Shown: one piece after another, positions 47,200-56,278 of the stretch
How the letters are laid out: each line of letters begins with the position of its first letter
How positions within the stretch are numbered: the first letter of the stretch is position 1
IMG/VR virus record: IMGVR_UViG_3300028577_000006
From: a virus
Taxonomy: Duplodnaviria > Heunggongvirae > Uroviricota > Caudoviricetes
Strand: one strand, 5' to 3'
DNA length: 64,000 nucleotides
Position numbers and translations under genes: made by a program
Notes under the pieces: generated by a model
The model's database searches: none
What the model saw: only the letters and a program-made list of their open reading frames with translations
What the model was told of the DNA's origin: nothing

Positions 47200-47383
47200 C
47201 GCTTCCGCCTTTCACTGGCGTTGCGCGCCCGGTCGTGTGGAGTGTCGCCGTCTAGGTACGAGGCACGACACCCCGCGGCATCGAAGCGCATGTAGAGGGC
47301 CATGCCATGTGCGCGAGACGCAGCGAAAACGAGCGTAGGAACTCGCGGAGCTAGTCGCTGCGTTTCCTCGACAACGTCGCCCA

Positions 47384-48166
47384 TTAGACGGCCTTCTTCA
47401 GACGCTTCCAGCGCGTGACATGGGAGCGCCGCACGGTGACCTCTTCGCCCTCTTCGCGAACGTTGTCACGTCCGAGCGCTTGTGCGACGCCGTCCACGAC
47501 GATGCCCGTCACCCACTCCTCGTCGTGGCCCGTGATGCGGAACGAGAAGGTGCCCTTGCGGCTGTGCGAGATCTCGAACACGTCATCCACGGCAGGCGGC
47601 GACAGATCGAGCGCGAGCGCCGCCTCTCCTCCGACCTGGAAGCGCACCTTGGCTTCGGGGGTCGTCGTCGTCGTCGCCATGGCGATCTCCGCCATGATTT
47701 CGACGGGCGGCATGAAGCGCGCAGACGGCAGACTCGCCGCCATGTGCTGACGAAGCAGCGAAGCGACCTTGGCGCCGAGCGGCGTGAGCTTGAAGACCGG
47801 ATACATGCCCGTGCCTTCCCACAGCAGCAAGCCGCTGACTTCCATGTCAGCCGCGCAGGCCCAGTCGTCGTGCCCGAAGATGTCGTGGCCATCGTTCAGT
47901 CGTGTCGGGTAGCGCTTGGACCCGCCATCGTGCGGCGCGAACATCTCCGCGCCGTCAGTGTCGGTTCGGAAGTGTCCGCGGATCGGACGACCAGGCTCGG
48001 TGCGCATGTGCGGCGCGTGCGGCTTGCCCTTGTGGTCCACGCACCGCGTCTCGATGTACGCGAGCGTGCTCCAGTGGTCTTTGCCCCAGCGAGGCATCGG
48101 GATCGGCTTACCGTCCCACTCGCTCTCGATCTTCTTCACCGTCGTCTCGCTCGTCGTCGTTTCCAT
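47384..48166 (-). CDS. Hypothetical phage-type protein
   Basis: WGKDHWSTLAYIETRCVD...HDDW.C. Confidence 0.65.
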   Translation of the reverse strand: METTTSETTVKKIESEWDGKPIPMPRWGKDHWSTLAYIETRCVDHKGKPHAPHMRTEPGRPIRGHFRTDTDGAEMFAPHDGGSKRYPTRLNDGHDIFGHDDWACAADMEVSGLLLWEGTGMYPVFKLTPLGAKVASLLRQHMAASLPSARFMPPVEIMAEIAMATTTTTPEAKVRFQVGGEAALALDLSPPAVDDVFEISHSRKGTFSFRITGHDEEWVTGIVVDGVAQALGRDNVREEGEEVTVRRSHVTRWKRLKKAV

Positions 48167-48417
48167 CACGTCTCCTTCTCAGAACCCGCCGCTCGAATCG
48201 CCGCAGTCGCACCTTCAGGGTCACAGCACAGCGACAGCTCTCGTCCGCCGCCGTCTCGATAGGTCTCCAGCTGCTTCCGAAAACACGCCTCTGGCGTGTC
48301 CCCGTCAGTCGGAATGTTCCAGAAGACCGGGAAGCCAGTGTGTCCCCAGACGATGTGTTCCAGTTCGTCGTCTGAAGCGTTCGGGAAGACTTCTCTGGCG
48401 ATGTCGGCAGGGCTCAC
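48166..48417 (-). CDS. Hypothetical protein
   Basis: IVWGHTGFP.FW. Confidence 0.55.
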   Translation of the reverse strand: MSPADIAREVFPNASDDELEHIVWGHTGFPVFWNIPTDGDTPEACFRKQLETYRDGGGRELSLCCDPEGATAAIRAAGSEKET

Positions 48418-48602
48418 GGCTTGCTCTTCTGTTGTTTGTTCCGCGCGTCAGCGCGACGCTTCGCACCCTCGAACGTCCTGAACGTGATGGGGCGCCGTCG
48501 CTTGTCACAGACTTCGTAGAGATACCCGTCGCGATTGCGGCAAACCCTGTATCCACTGCCGCATGGAGCGCGCCGCGGGAAGTACTCGCTCACGTCACCC
48601 AT
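48414..48602 (-). CDS. Small basic protein
   Basis: Coupled ORF. Confidence 0.45.
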   Translation of the reverse strand: MGDVSEYFPRRAPCGSGYRVCRNRDGYLYEVCDKRRRPITFRTFEGAKRRADARNKQQKSKP

Positions 48603-48604
48603 CG

Positions 48605-49390
48605 TCAGTCGGCCTCGTCGGTCAGCTGCTCGACGTCCTTCAGGCCGAAGCGCCGATCGACCATCTTCCAGTTGTCGGTCGGGATGTGCGCGTGCATGCC
48701 GGCGCGCGCCAGAGCTTCGTAGACCTCGGCGACGTAGAACCACCCGATGACCGCGGGATCCGTGTTCGCAACCCACACTGCGTCCGTGGGGCAGAGGAAC
48801 GGGTACTCATTGGAGAAGTCGTGGAAGTCGCTGTAGCCCAGTACACGCTTCAGTCGCTGGTAGACCTCATCGCACGAGAGGTTGAGCGTGATGGGCTCGC
48901 GTTCGCCGTCATCGTCCGGCGGTCCGTCTGGGTACCGCGAGTGACGCATGTCCATGCGAACGCGGTTGCCGCCCTCGTCGTACGTGCCGTCGTTCTTGCC
49001 GCGCCAGATGTACGGCCCCTTCGCTTCGAAGGACCAGCGCGTCGGATCGACGATGGTCTCGCACTCGACGCCGTATCGGCCTTTCTCGTTCGGAAGCACG
49101 ATCCAGCCGTGCTGCGCGAAGCCGATCTCGCGCTTCTTCTCCCAGAACGTGGCCTTCGGGCTGATCTTGCCGAGCCAGTGGCCGTAGACGGCGATGCCAC
49201 CGAACGCCGGAGCGAGCTTGCTGGCGACGTAGAAACACTGACCGTGCCACTGCGACGTCGGCAGGCCTACGAGCTTTTCGGCGGCAGTCAGCCTTCGCGC
49301 TCGTTCTGCACGCGTCTCTGTATCCGCGTGTCCGAGACGAGCGGAGTCACGCAGGTCGTCGGCAGCGCCAACCTTGACGGCAGCAGCCAT
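48605..49390 (-). CDS. Hypothetical protein, possibly with a transglutaminase/papain-like Cys-His-Asp triad
   Basis: GQC.Y...HGW...IVDPT. Confidence 0.5.
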   Translation of the reverse strand: MAAAVKVGAADDLRDSARLGHADTETRAERARRLTAAEKLVGLPTSQWHGQCFYVASKLAPAFGGIAVYGHWLGKISPKATFWEKKREIGFAQHGWIVLPNEKGRYGVECETIVDPTRWSFEAKGPYIWRGKNDGTYDEGGNRVRMDMRHSRYPDGPPDDDGEREPITLNLSCDEVYQRLKRVLGYSDFHDFSNEYPFLCPTDAVWVANTDPAVIGWFYVAEVYEALARAGMHAHIPTDNWKMVDRRFGLKDVEQLTDEAD

Positions 49391-49392
49391 GG

Positions 49393-49566
49393 TCAGTTCG
49401 CGCACTCGGGTGCAGCGAGCTGAAGAGCGTCGCTGAGCGCCACGACCGTCAGATCGAGACGAACGGCTTCGGCGAGCAGCGCTCGACGAGCGGCTGAGCG
49501 CTCCGCCTGGGGGGCCGTCTTGAACGAGACGTGGAGCTTCCGGAGATGCGAGAACTTGTCGAACAT
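49393..49566 (-). CDS. Small hypothetical protein, first gene after a hairpin-leader promoter
   Basis: AGAAGGA RBS before MFDKFSH. Confidence 0.5.
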   Translation of the reverse strand: MFDKFSHLRKLHVSFKTAPQAERSAARRALLAEAVRLDLTVVALSDALQLAAPECAN

Positions 49567-49583
49567 GCGAACCGTCCTTCTCC

Positions 49584-49640
49584 CCCGCCATGTCCGGCGA
49601 GTGGTGTGTCGTAAGCTAACACGACTCACCGCGGTGTCAA
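49584..49640 (-). promoter_or_regulatory. Promoter plus ACA-loop leader hairpin (copy 1)
   Basis: TTGACA-N16-TAGCTT; CTCGCC-GGACAT-GGCGGG. Confidence 0.75.
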
Positions 49641-49840
49641 CCGTCGGTGAGCTTGTAGGTCTTCTCGAACGCCGCCGCGTTCATGAGCCACTTCGTTCTG
49701 CCGTTGGTGAGGCCGCAGCGCATGACGAGCACGACCGGCTGCTTCAGCCGGCCCTTCTCGGTGTCCCACCACGCCGGCTTGCCGACGACCACCGTGAAGC
49801 CCTTCTTCCGATGCTCGTAGTACGCGTCGAAGTTGATCAC
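49637..49840 (-). CDS. Hypothetical protein
   Basis: GTGA-coupled to Thg1. Confidence 0.55.
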   Translation of the reverse strand: MINFDAYYEHRKKGFTVVVGKPAWWDTEKGRLKQPVVLVMRCGLTNGRTKWLMNAAAFEKTYKLTDG

Positions 49841-50652
49841 GGCTCGACGACGATCGGCTCCGCTCCCTCGAAGAGAACGGCGGCGCGGTTGGTGATGTAC
49901 GCGAGCGAAGGCAGGTCCAGTTCCTTCAGCGCGTGCCTCGTCACGATCAGGTTCGGATTCTTGCGCGCGTGATGCTTCGGCGGGAGCGTGGCGATCTCCT
50001 CGGGCGTGAACGACTTCGTCGCTTCGATGGTGACGCGCGAGATGAACGTGCCGCGCCGGAAGAAGCCGGGGTACGCGTGGAAGTCGGTGCCGTCCTCGCG
50101 GAGCATCGCGATCTTCTCGGCGCCCGTCTTGCCGTGGATCTCGGCCACCGAGAAGTAGTGTGACGCGGCCATCGTGATCGCGTTCTTGCGCGCGTCGAGT
50201 TCGCGCCAGAGGATCACCGCAGCAGCTTCGACGAGCGACGGGACGCTCCACGCACGCGAGTCGAAGAGAGCGCTGCGGCCCGCGCGCTCCGGGATGCGCG
50301 GGTCGACGTTGCGCGCGAACCAGACGCTCGCGAACGCGGCGGTCATCGAAACGATCTTCTGGGCACGCAGGCCGAAGTAGCCCTGCGTCGTCGGGTCGGC
50401 GGGCTCGGTGAGCACGAGCGAGATCTCATCGCTTTGCGTGTAGCCGAGTGTGGCGTTGGTCTCGTCGACCAGCGCCTTGGTGAGATCGATCATGAGCGAC
50501 GAGAGGCGTTCGTCGTAGGGCCGCCGCAGGCCACTCGTGAAGGTGGAGAAGCTGCGCCCATCGAGTCGGATGCAGATCGGATACGTCAGCACGCGTCCGG
50601 CTTCGACGCGCTCTAGCTCTTTCATGTGATCGCCGAGGGTGTCTTCTCTCAT
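49837..50652 (-). CDS. thg1: tRNA(His) guanylyltransferase Thg1-like 3'-5' polymerase
   Basis: IRLDGRSFSTFT, YTQSDEISL, FDSR, WRELDA.KNAI, GT. Confidence 0.93.
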   Translation of the reverse strand: MREDTLGDHMKELERVEAGRVLTYPICIRLDGRSFSTFTSGLRRPYDERLSSLMIDLTKALVDETNATLGYTQSDEISLVLTEPADPTTQGYFGLRAQKIVSMTAAFASVWFARNVDPRIPERAGRSALFDSRAWSVPSLVEAAAVILWRELDARKNAITMAASHYFSVAEIHGKTGAEKIAMLREDGTDFHAYPGFFRRGTFISRVTIEATKSFTPEEIATLPPKHHARKNPNLIVTRHALKELDLPSLAYITNRAAVLFEGAEPIVVEP

Positions 50653-50906
50653 CGTCCGCCCCAGTACCTCTGTCGTTGGTTCATCTTCGCTCGCCTGATG
50701 CGCGCTTCACGCATGCGGCGCTTGCGCGCCCCAAGACCGCGCTCTCGTCTGCGCGCTGCGAGAGGCGACGACTCCTCGATCGATGTGATGTTCCGCGAAG
50801 TGCGCTCGCCGACGCCGCGGATGGTCGTGATGCGTCCGGTCTTCTTATCCGGCAGCACGACCGTCCAGCGGCGCGGGTCGCCCCACGATGTTTCGTCGAA
50901 GGTCAC
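50649..50906 (-). CDS. Small basic protein
   Basis: Shares 'PLAAR...RGLGARKRR.R' with the next ORF. Confidence 0.5.
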   Translation of the reverse strand: MTFDETSWGDPRRWTVVLPDKKTGRITTIRGVGERTSRNITSIEESSPLAARRRERGLGARKRRMREARIRRAKMNQRQRYWGGR

Positions 50907-51160
50907 GTGCTCTTGGTGGCGGCCATCGCCGCGCGCCGAGCGACCCGGGACTGGCGGAGCCGGCGCTTGCGTGCGCCGAGACCGCGGCCGATCTTGCGCG
51001 CGGCAAGCGGGTCGGAGACGAAGAAGTTCGTCACGTTGACGCCGACCTGGTTGCCGAGCCCGAACCACGTCGTGTGCTTGCCGTCGGTGCCGAGGTGCGT
51101 CGTGCTCCACTTGTTGTGGCGAACACTGGTGCTGATGGGGGTGCTCTCTGCGGGGATCAT
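50903..51160 (-). CDS. Small basic protein (paralogous C-terminus with 50649-50906)
   Basis: PLAARKIGRGLGARKRRLR. Confidence 0.5.
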   Translation of the reverse strand: MIPAESTPISTSVRHNKWSTTHLGTDGKHTTWFGLGNQVGVNVTNFFVSDPLAARKIGRGLGARKRRLRQSRVARRAAMAATKST

Positions 51161-51194
51161 GTGGTCTGCTTTCTGGGTTGAGGGTCTGTGTGTA

Positions 51195-51494
51195 TCATTT
51201 CGCCGGCTGGGTCGGTGGACATCGGCGATCGATTTCGCGCATCGCGACGACGACGAATACGTTCCACGACACGACGTGTCCGTCGATAGACGTGTACGTG
51301 TGCATGCCGTCTCGCGTGGCTCGCGCCTCGATGCCTTCAGGGATGTAGTTGTTGTTTGCGAAGAGCATGATCAGTGAGCTAGCGGGCGCGCTTGCTGCCC
51401 ATTGCTCAGCCGCCTGGAGAGCGGCGGCGCGCTCGGCCGCCCGTGCCTGTTCCGGATCGGGAGTTCGATACGTTGGCTCGCGCTCGCTCGTCAT
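51195..51494 (-). CDS. Hypothetical protein
   Basis: Coupled ORF. Confidence 0.55.
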   Translation of the reverse strand: MTSEREPTYRTPDPEQARAAERAAALQAAEQWAASAPASSLIMLFANNNYIPEGIEARATRDGMHTYTSIDGHVVSWNVFVVVAMREIDRRCPPTQPAK

Positions 51495-51787
51495 GCGCGA
51501 CTCGGGACGCGTACGTCGATCTCGTTATCGCAGCATCCTTCGAGCACCGAGCGCTCGACCGTAGCGCGCGGCGGCTTCGGCAGGTGGCTGAAGCGTGCCG
51601 GCAGCACGCGCCACATGTCGTCGAGCGTGGTGAGCATGCCGTGCTCCGCGCGTCGGAACGGGAGCGCCGTGACGCGCCCAGACGCAAGACGGATCAGAAA
51701 GCTCGTCTCCATCATCCGCGTCCAGGCGAGGATGAGGTGATAGACCTCTTCGGCGGTGGCATGCCTGGCAATGGCAATCTTGTTCAT
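51491..51787 (-). CDS. Hypothetical protein
   Basis: Coupled ORF. Confidence 0.5.
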   Translation of the reverse strand: MNKIAIARHATAEEVYHLILAWTRMMETSFLIRLASGRVTALPFRRAEHGMLTTLDDMWRVLPARFSHLPKPPRATVERSVLEGCCDNEIDVRVPSRA

Positions 51788-53238
51788 GACGACCGCCAAC
51801 GCGCAAAGAACTGCGGCTCTTCGAGCGCGAGCTTGCCGAACTTCGCGCCCAGCGAGCAGAGCGCATCGTGGAAGCGTTCGCTCAGGTGATCGCCGCTGGC
51901 ATCATGCCCGAACTCGTGGATGAGCAGCGAGGTGACGCTGGGATGAAGCGGGTTCTGATCGAACCACGCCTTGCCGAGCCGCCGCACGTTGAAGCTCAGG
52001 CGTCCGCTGCCGTAGCAAGCGGCGTAGCTGCGCGGATCGTTCAGAATGCTGACGCGCACCATCTTGCCGAGCAGGCGCGCGCCGAAGACCTCCGAGAACT
52101 CGACGATGCGGCGCATGCCCGCCGTCCACTTCTCCTCGGGGTACGTGACGTCCTCACCGTCTGCGGAGAAGATAACCTTGGGCGATGGCGTCACCTGGCC
52201 GGCCGGGAGTACAGAGCCCGAGCGTCGAATGGTCTCCCACGCATCGCGCGAGAAGCTGCCGGGCTCGATGATCGTGTAGCCCTTGCTCATCGCGAGCTTG
52301 GTGCCCTCGACGTCGCTCGGGTCACGGATGACGCGGTTCTCGCCGTAGCGCGCGGCGATCACGGTCGTGACCGCTTCGTTGCTGACGAGGGCGCTCTCCA
52401 TGGCGTGGTCGACCCACGCTTCGGTCGCATGGTCGCCGAGCTTCTCGTGCATCGCGTTGACGACGAGCGCGTGCAGACGCTTGAGGTACGAAGGCGTGAC
52501 GTTGTCTCGATCGCTGTTTAGTGGGCACTTCTGCGCGACGTTGACGTGCCACGCGCAGTCGACGGGCACGACGGGGATGCCCATCTCGTAGAGCATCGGC
52601 TTCTCTTCGCCGATGGGCTCGTAGAGTGAGATCGTGGTCTCACGCTTCGTGGGGCGCAGGTAGCCTTCCTCGTCGGCGATCTCGGTCGGCATCGTCTCGA
52701 TGAACGAGTGGATCGGCATGCGCGTCGGAAGCTGCTCGTAGTTGAACGTGACGGACACGTGCGCAGGCACAAGCACGCTCCGGATCGCGCGCTCTGTTCG
52801 GGACACGTCGTCGTGCGTCATCTTCAGGTGGACCGTGATCACGCTGCCCATCGGGACGGTGAGCTTCGAGCGTCGTCGGCCCTTCTCGTCGAAGATGATG
52901 CAGCCCGTGGTCGTCAGAACCTCGGCGTACGTGCTCGCCGCGATGACGAGCTTCTCGCCCATGTTGAAGCGACCGCGCTGCTCGGGGTTCGCCTTCTTCG
53001 CCGACTCCGCGAAGAGCGTGTACGCGTGTCGAAGATCGGCGAAGCCGTCCGGGTTGTCGTCCACGACTCGTAGCTGCCGCGTGCCGCGCGTCTCCGTGTC
53101 CGAGAGCGTGATGCCGATGCTCGTCGACTTCTCGTCGAGGCTATTCTGGAGCAGCTCCAGTGCGGCGAACTCGACGCCACGGCGTGCGAGCAGTTTGCGC
53201 AGGCCGACGCGATCGACTTCGAAATGCGAAGTGGTCAT
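51784..53238 (-). CDS. GHKL (Hsp90/MORC-like) ATPase fused to a C-terminal HExxH metallopeptidase-like domain
   Basis: ELLQNSLD, VVDDNPDGF, RGRFNMGEK, GSVITV; LLIHEFGH...DHL. Confidence 0.75.
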   Translation of the reverse strand: MTTSHFEVDRVGLRKLLARRGVEFAALELLQNSLDEKSTSIGITLSDTETRGTRQLRVVDDNPDGFADLRHAYTLFAESAKKANPEQRGRFNMGEKLVIAASTYAEVLTTTGCIIFDEKGRRRSKLTVPMGSVITVHLKMTHDDVSRTERAIRSVLVPAHVSVTFNYEQLPTRMPIHSFIETMPTEIADEEGYLRPTKRETTISLYEPIGEEKPMLYEMGIPVVPVDCAWHVNVAQKCPLNSDRDNVTPSYLKRLHALVVNAMHEKLGDHATEAWVDHAMESALVSNEAVTTVIAARYGENRVIRDPSDVEGTKLAMSKGYTIIEPGSFSRDAWETIRRSGSVLPAGQVTPSPKVIFSADGEDVTYPEEKWTAGMRRIVEFSEVFGARLLGKMVRVSILNDPRSYAACYGSGRLSFNVRRLGKAWFDQNPLHPSVTSLLIHEFGHDASGDHLSERFHDALCSLGAKFGKLALEEPQFFARWRSS

Positions 53239-53459
53239 CGCGAGGCCATGTACGCTGCGCGTCGAAGCTCTTGAGCGAGTGCGCGCATGACGATCGCGTC
53301 GAACTCGTGCTGGTCGCGTGCAAGACCGCTGATCGCTGTGCACAGATGAACGAGTGTGGCGTTTCCGGAGACGGCGCGAACGAGCGCCTTCGCGCGAATG
53401 AGCGCGTCGGCGGCTTCGTCGAGAGACTTGGCGGTTTCCAGAAGTTCCGTTGTGGTCAT
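53235..53459 (-). CDS. Hypothetical protein
   Basis: GGAGG RBS. Confidence 0.55.
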   Translation of the reverse strand: MTTTELLETAKSLDEAADALIRAKALVRAVSGNATLVHLCTAISGLARDQHEFDAIVMRALAQELRRAAYMASR

Positions 53460-53842
53460 CGTGCACCTCCGATCGGCGTCACCGCGACGCGGACCATCAC
53501 CGCTTGTTCGGCGAGCGCCATGCCGTTGACGCTGGCTTCCGTGGACGACTCGAAGATGAGGGCACTGCCGTTCTCGTTGAAGAGCAGCCGGTCTTCGAGC
53601 ATCTTGAAGCCTGCGTCCTTCGGCAGAGCGAGCGCATACATGACCTTCGCCCGCTCGGCCTGGCGAAGCATGCGTACGACGGCAATCGCTTCGAGGATTT
53701 CGAGGGTGTAGTCGGCGCGCGGCCAGACGTGTCGGGGGATCTCCATCAAGGCGTTCCGCGCCCGAAGAAGCTCTCGGAGGGTGGACACCGCCTTCGAGAG
53801 AGCCAGCTGCTTGACCCACTTTTTCTTGCTTTCCAGGTTCAT
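53456..53842 (-). CDS. Hypothetical protein
   Basis: Coupled ORF. Confidence 0.55.
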   Translation of the reverse strand: MNLESKKKWVKQLALSKAVSTLRELLRARNALMEIPRHVWPRADYTLEILEAIAVVRMLRQAERAKVMYALALPKDAGFKMLEDRLLFNENGSALIFESSTEASVNGMALAEQAVMVRVAVTPIGGAR

Positions 53843-54123
53843 CGCTGCACCACGCCCTTGTCGATCGCGGCGACGATCTCCGCCGCCAGTTGCCGCACGT
53901 AGGCGACCGCCTCCATCTTGGCGACCTCCACGTCCTCCGCCGCCAGGGCGCGTTTCGAGATCCCCAGCTGCCCGCGGGTCGACATCACCCACGTCTGCGG
54001 GGGGAAGTCGACGTGACGCGTGACGCAGATGCTGACCGAGTTCAGGTCCAGCTCCCAGGAGCGCGACTCACGCGACTCGCTCAAACGCCCGTAGTGTGTG
54101 ACATCTTTCCACTTCGTCGCCAT
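53839..54123 (-). CDS. Hypothetical protein
   Basis: GGAGG RBS after the hairpin leader. Confidence 0.6.
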   Translation of the reverse strand: MATKWKDVTHYGRLSESRESRSWELDLNSVSICVTRHVDFPPQTWVMSTRGQLGISKRALAAEDVEVAKMEAVAYVRQLAAEIVAAIDKGVVQR

Positions 54124-54135
54124 CAGATCCTCCCG

Positions 54136-54193
54136 GCCCGCTTGTTCGCGCGCTCGACGACAGACACTCTAACATCGATAGCAGGCACGTCAA
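54136..54193 (-). promoter_or_regulatory. Promoter plus ACA-loop leader hairpin (copy 2)
   Basis: TTGACG-N16-TAGAGT; GCGCGC-GAACAA-GCGGGC. Confidence 0.7.
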
Positions 54194-54214
54194 CTGGCAA
54201 AAACACGAGCAGTG

Positions 54215-55315
54215 TCAGACGGTTGCGCGCTTGCTCTTTTGGTCCTTCTTCTGCGCCGCCTTCTTGGCCTTCCGCTGCGGGCCGAGCTTGCCCAGTCGCT
54301 CGTCCACGATGGCTTCCCAGTTCGCATGCGTGCCGTGCGCGATCGTAAGCTCTTCGCCGGCTGCGATCGCTTCCGCGCGGTCCTGGCTCGTGCCGACGAT
54401 ACGCTCAAGCTCTTCGTACGAGCGCATCTTCGGTCCAAGGACGCCATCGATCCGCGGGAACTTCTTCGCGTCCTGCTCCCGCTGCGTCTTGTCCCATGCG
54501 TTCTTGCGCTTGTACTCGTCGTCCTTGTGCTTCTTCAGCGCATCGGCGACCTGCGCGAGAGTCATTTTGCCGATCTCCTCGATCAGCGCGTAGCCGGGAA
54601 ACGGCCTGTGGCGCAGGACCTTGTTGTGGTCGGCCCCTGCGCGCTGTTTCTTCGTGAGCTTCTTCCACGGGTCGTCTTGTTCGAGACGGATGTGGAAGAG
54701 CTTCCACTTCGAGAGCACGGCCTGTTCGACGAGAAGCTCGTCACGCACGTCGTCCTTCTGGTGGCCGCCCTCGATGATCTCGTAGCGCCGATTCGCGATC
54801 TCTCCGAAGAGAGTGCAGAGTTCGTCATGGAACGACGCTGGGAACAGTCCGTCGTCGTAGCGGTACACGGGGTAGAGGAGCGCATCGATGTGCTGCCATG
54901 CCGTCCACCAGGCCGCGACAACACGCGCTCGGTCGCGCACCGGCGATTCGAAATGCGTGCCTTCGCTCAGGCGTCTCACGAACTCGACGATGTCCATGTT
55001 CTCGAACGCATGGTGCGAGTTGTACTCGGCGCGTTTTTCCTGCGGCTCGTTGAAGACCTCCAGCACGTCGAAGTGCGATCGGTAGTTGTCGTCGCTGGAG
55101 CCCAAGATCCAATACGCGCCGTTGGCGTCGCGCTTCGCGATGAGCCGCCCCGTAATGAGGTCGACGCGTCCGATCCAGCTGTTGACCACGGTGCGTGCCG
55201 TGCGCTGGTGCGACCACTCATTCGGCATCGCCTCGTGCAACGCCACCAGTGACCGGCGCCACCACATCAGCTGCCAGTACGTCTTGCTCACACGCTCTTC
55301 GCTGCTCAGACCCAT
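54215..55315 (-). CDS. Hypothetical protein
   Basis: GAGGA RBS; 366-aa ORF. Confidence 0.7.
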   Translation of the reverse strand: MGLSSEERVSKTYWQLMWWRRSLVALHEAMPNEWSHQRTARTVVNSWIGRVDLITGRLIAKRDANGAYWILGSSDDNYRSHFDVLEVFNEPQEKRAEYNSHHAFENMDIVEFVRRLSEGTHFESPVRDRARVVAAWWTAWQHIDALLYPVYRYDDGLFPASFHDELCTLFGEIANRRYEIIEGGHQKDDVRDELLVEQAVLSKWKLFHIRLEQDDPWKKLTKKQRAGADHNKVLRHRPFPGYALIEEIGKMTLAQVADALKKHKDDEYKRKNAWDKTQREQDAKKFPRIDGVLGPKMRSYEELERIVGTSQDRAEAIAAGEELTIAHGTHANWEAIVDERLGKLGPQRKAKKAAQKKDQKSKRATV

Positions 55316-55322
55316 ATCTTCC

Positions 55323-55556
55323 TCAGTTCGTCTCGTCCAGCTGCTGGAGCGCGCCGTCGAACGCGCGCGCGAGCGAAGGCTCCGTGTATCCGGGTGCGTG
55401 CCAGTCGGATCCGAGCTTGTACGCGTACAAGCGCCGGTCGTCTGGATTGTCGATCGGCGCAACCTCGATGCGAGGGCACTCGTGCCGACTGGTTCCGACG
55501 TGAAGCTCGACGGTCCAGGAGCGACCGTCTGCGATGATGGTTGTCGAACGCGTCAC
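55323..55556 (-). CDS. Hypothetical protein
   Basis: Coupled ORF. Confidence 0.5.
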   Translation of the reverse strand: MTRSTTIIADGRSWTVELHVGTSRHECPRIEVAPIDNPDDRRLYAYKLGSDWHAPGYTEPSLARAFDGALQQLDETN

Positions 55557-56278
55557 GTGATGTCCTTGAGCGCGCCGGGGAAGCAGGTCTGAGCATCGCG
55601 CATCAGCTCATCGTACAGCGCCTGATCACCGCTGGTGAAGTCAGACCGCGACTTGAACGCACCGTACTTGTTCGGGATGTCGAGCAGAGTCGCCATCGCA
55701 GTGACCTCCATCTCGACGATCCGGCGGTACTCGTCGTCGAGCACAGTCGACTTGCCGCGCGCTCGCACACGCTGTTTCCAGTTGTTCAGGTTCGGACCCG
55801 GCACGAGCAGGTCGAGCGGCGTGAGCGCTTGGTCGAGCGTCACGTTCGAGCGCCGATCAGACACGGGATCGCCTTCGACGAGCGCGTAGAAGAACGGGTC
55901 GTGGTACTCCATGATGCTGGGCCCGTCGCCGTCTTCTCCGAGGCCGAACACGGTCCAGGTCAGGATGTGGCCGAGCTTGATGCGGCCCATGATCAGCGAC
56001 GCGATGTATTGCGCTCGTCGGCGATCACCCAGGTCGGACTCGTCCCAGCCCTCGCCGCTGCCATCAGGGCAGATGCTGATGTGGTCGCTGAAGTTGAAGT
56101 TGATGTTTCCGAGGAGAACCTGAGAGACGGAGCGCGGTCCGAAGATTTCGATCGCGATCTTGCGAGCCCACTCGATCGCGCGCGGCGTCTTGAGGAGAGT
56201 CTCTGCTGCCGGAATCTCGCCCCGGCAGGTACCGTCGATACCGTTCACCAGTACCCAGTGGTTGATCGTGTAGCTCAT
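55553..56278 (-). CDS. Hypothetical protein
   Basis: GGAGG RBS; PDGSGEGWDESD.GD motif. Confidence 0.65.
   Translation of the reverse strand: MSYTINHWVLVNGIDGTCRGEIPAAETLLKTPRAIEWARKIAIEIFGPRSVSQVLLGNINFNFSDHISICPDGSGEGWDESDLGDRRRAQYIASLIMGRIKLGHILTWTVFGLGEDGDGPSIMEYHDPFFYALVEGDPVSDRRSNVTLDQALTPLDLLVPGPNLNNWKQRVRARGKSTVLDDEYRRIVEMEVTAMATLLDIPNKYGAFKSRSDFTSGDQALYDELMRDAQTCFPGALKDIT

Noticed and set aside
49391-49591. ORF-track start at 49591 for gene 48605
   Set aside because: That ATG lies in the leader hairpin loop with no RBS. A separate small gene (49393-49566) and a start at 49390 fit better.
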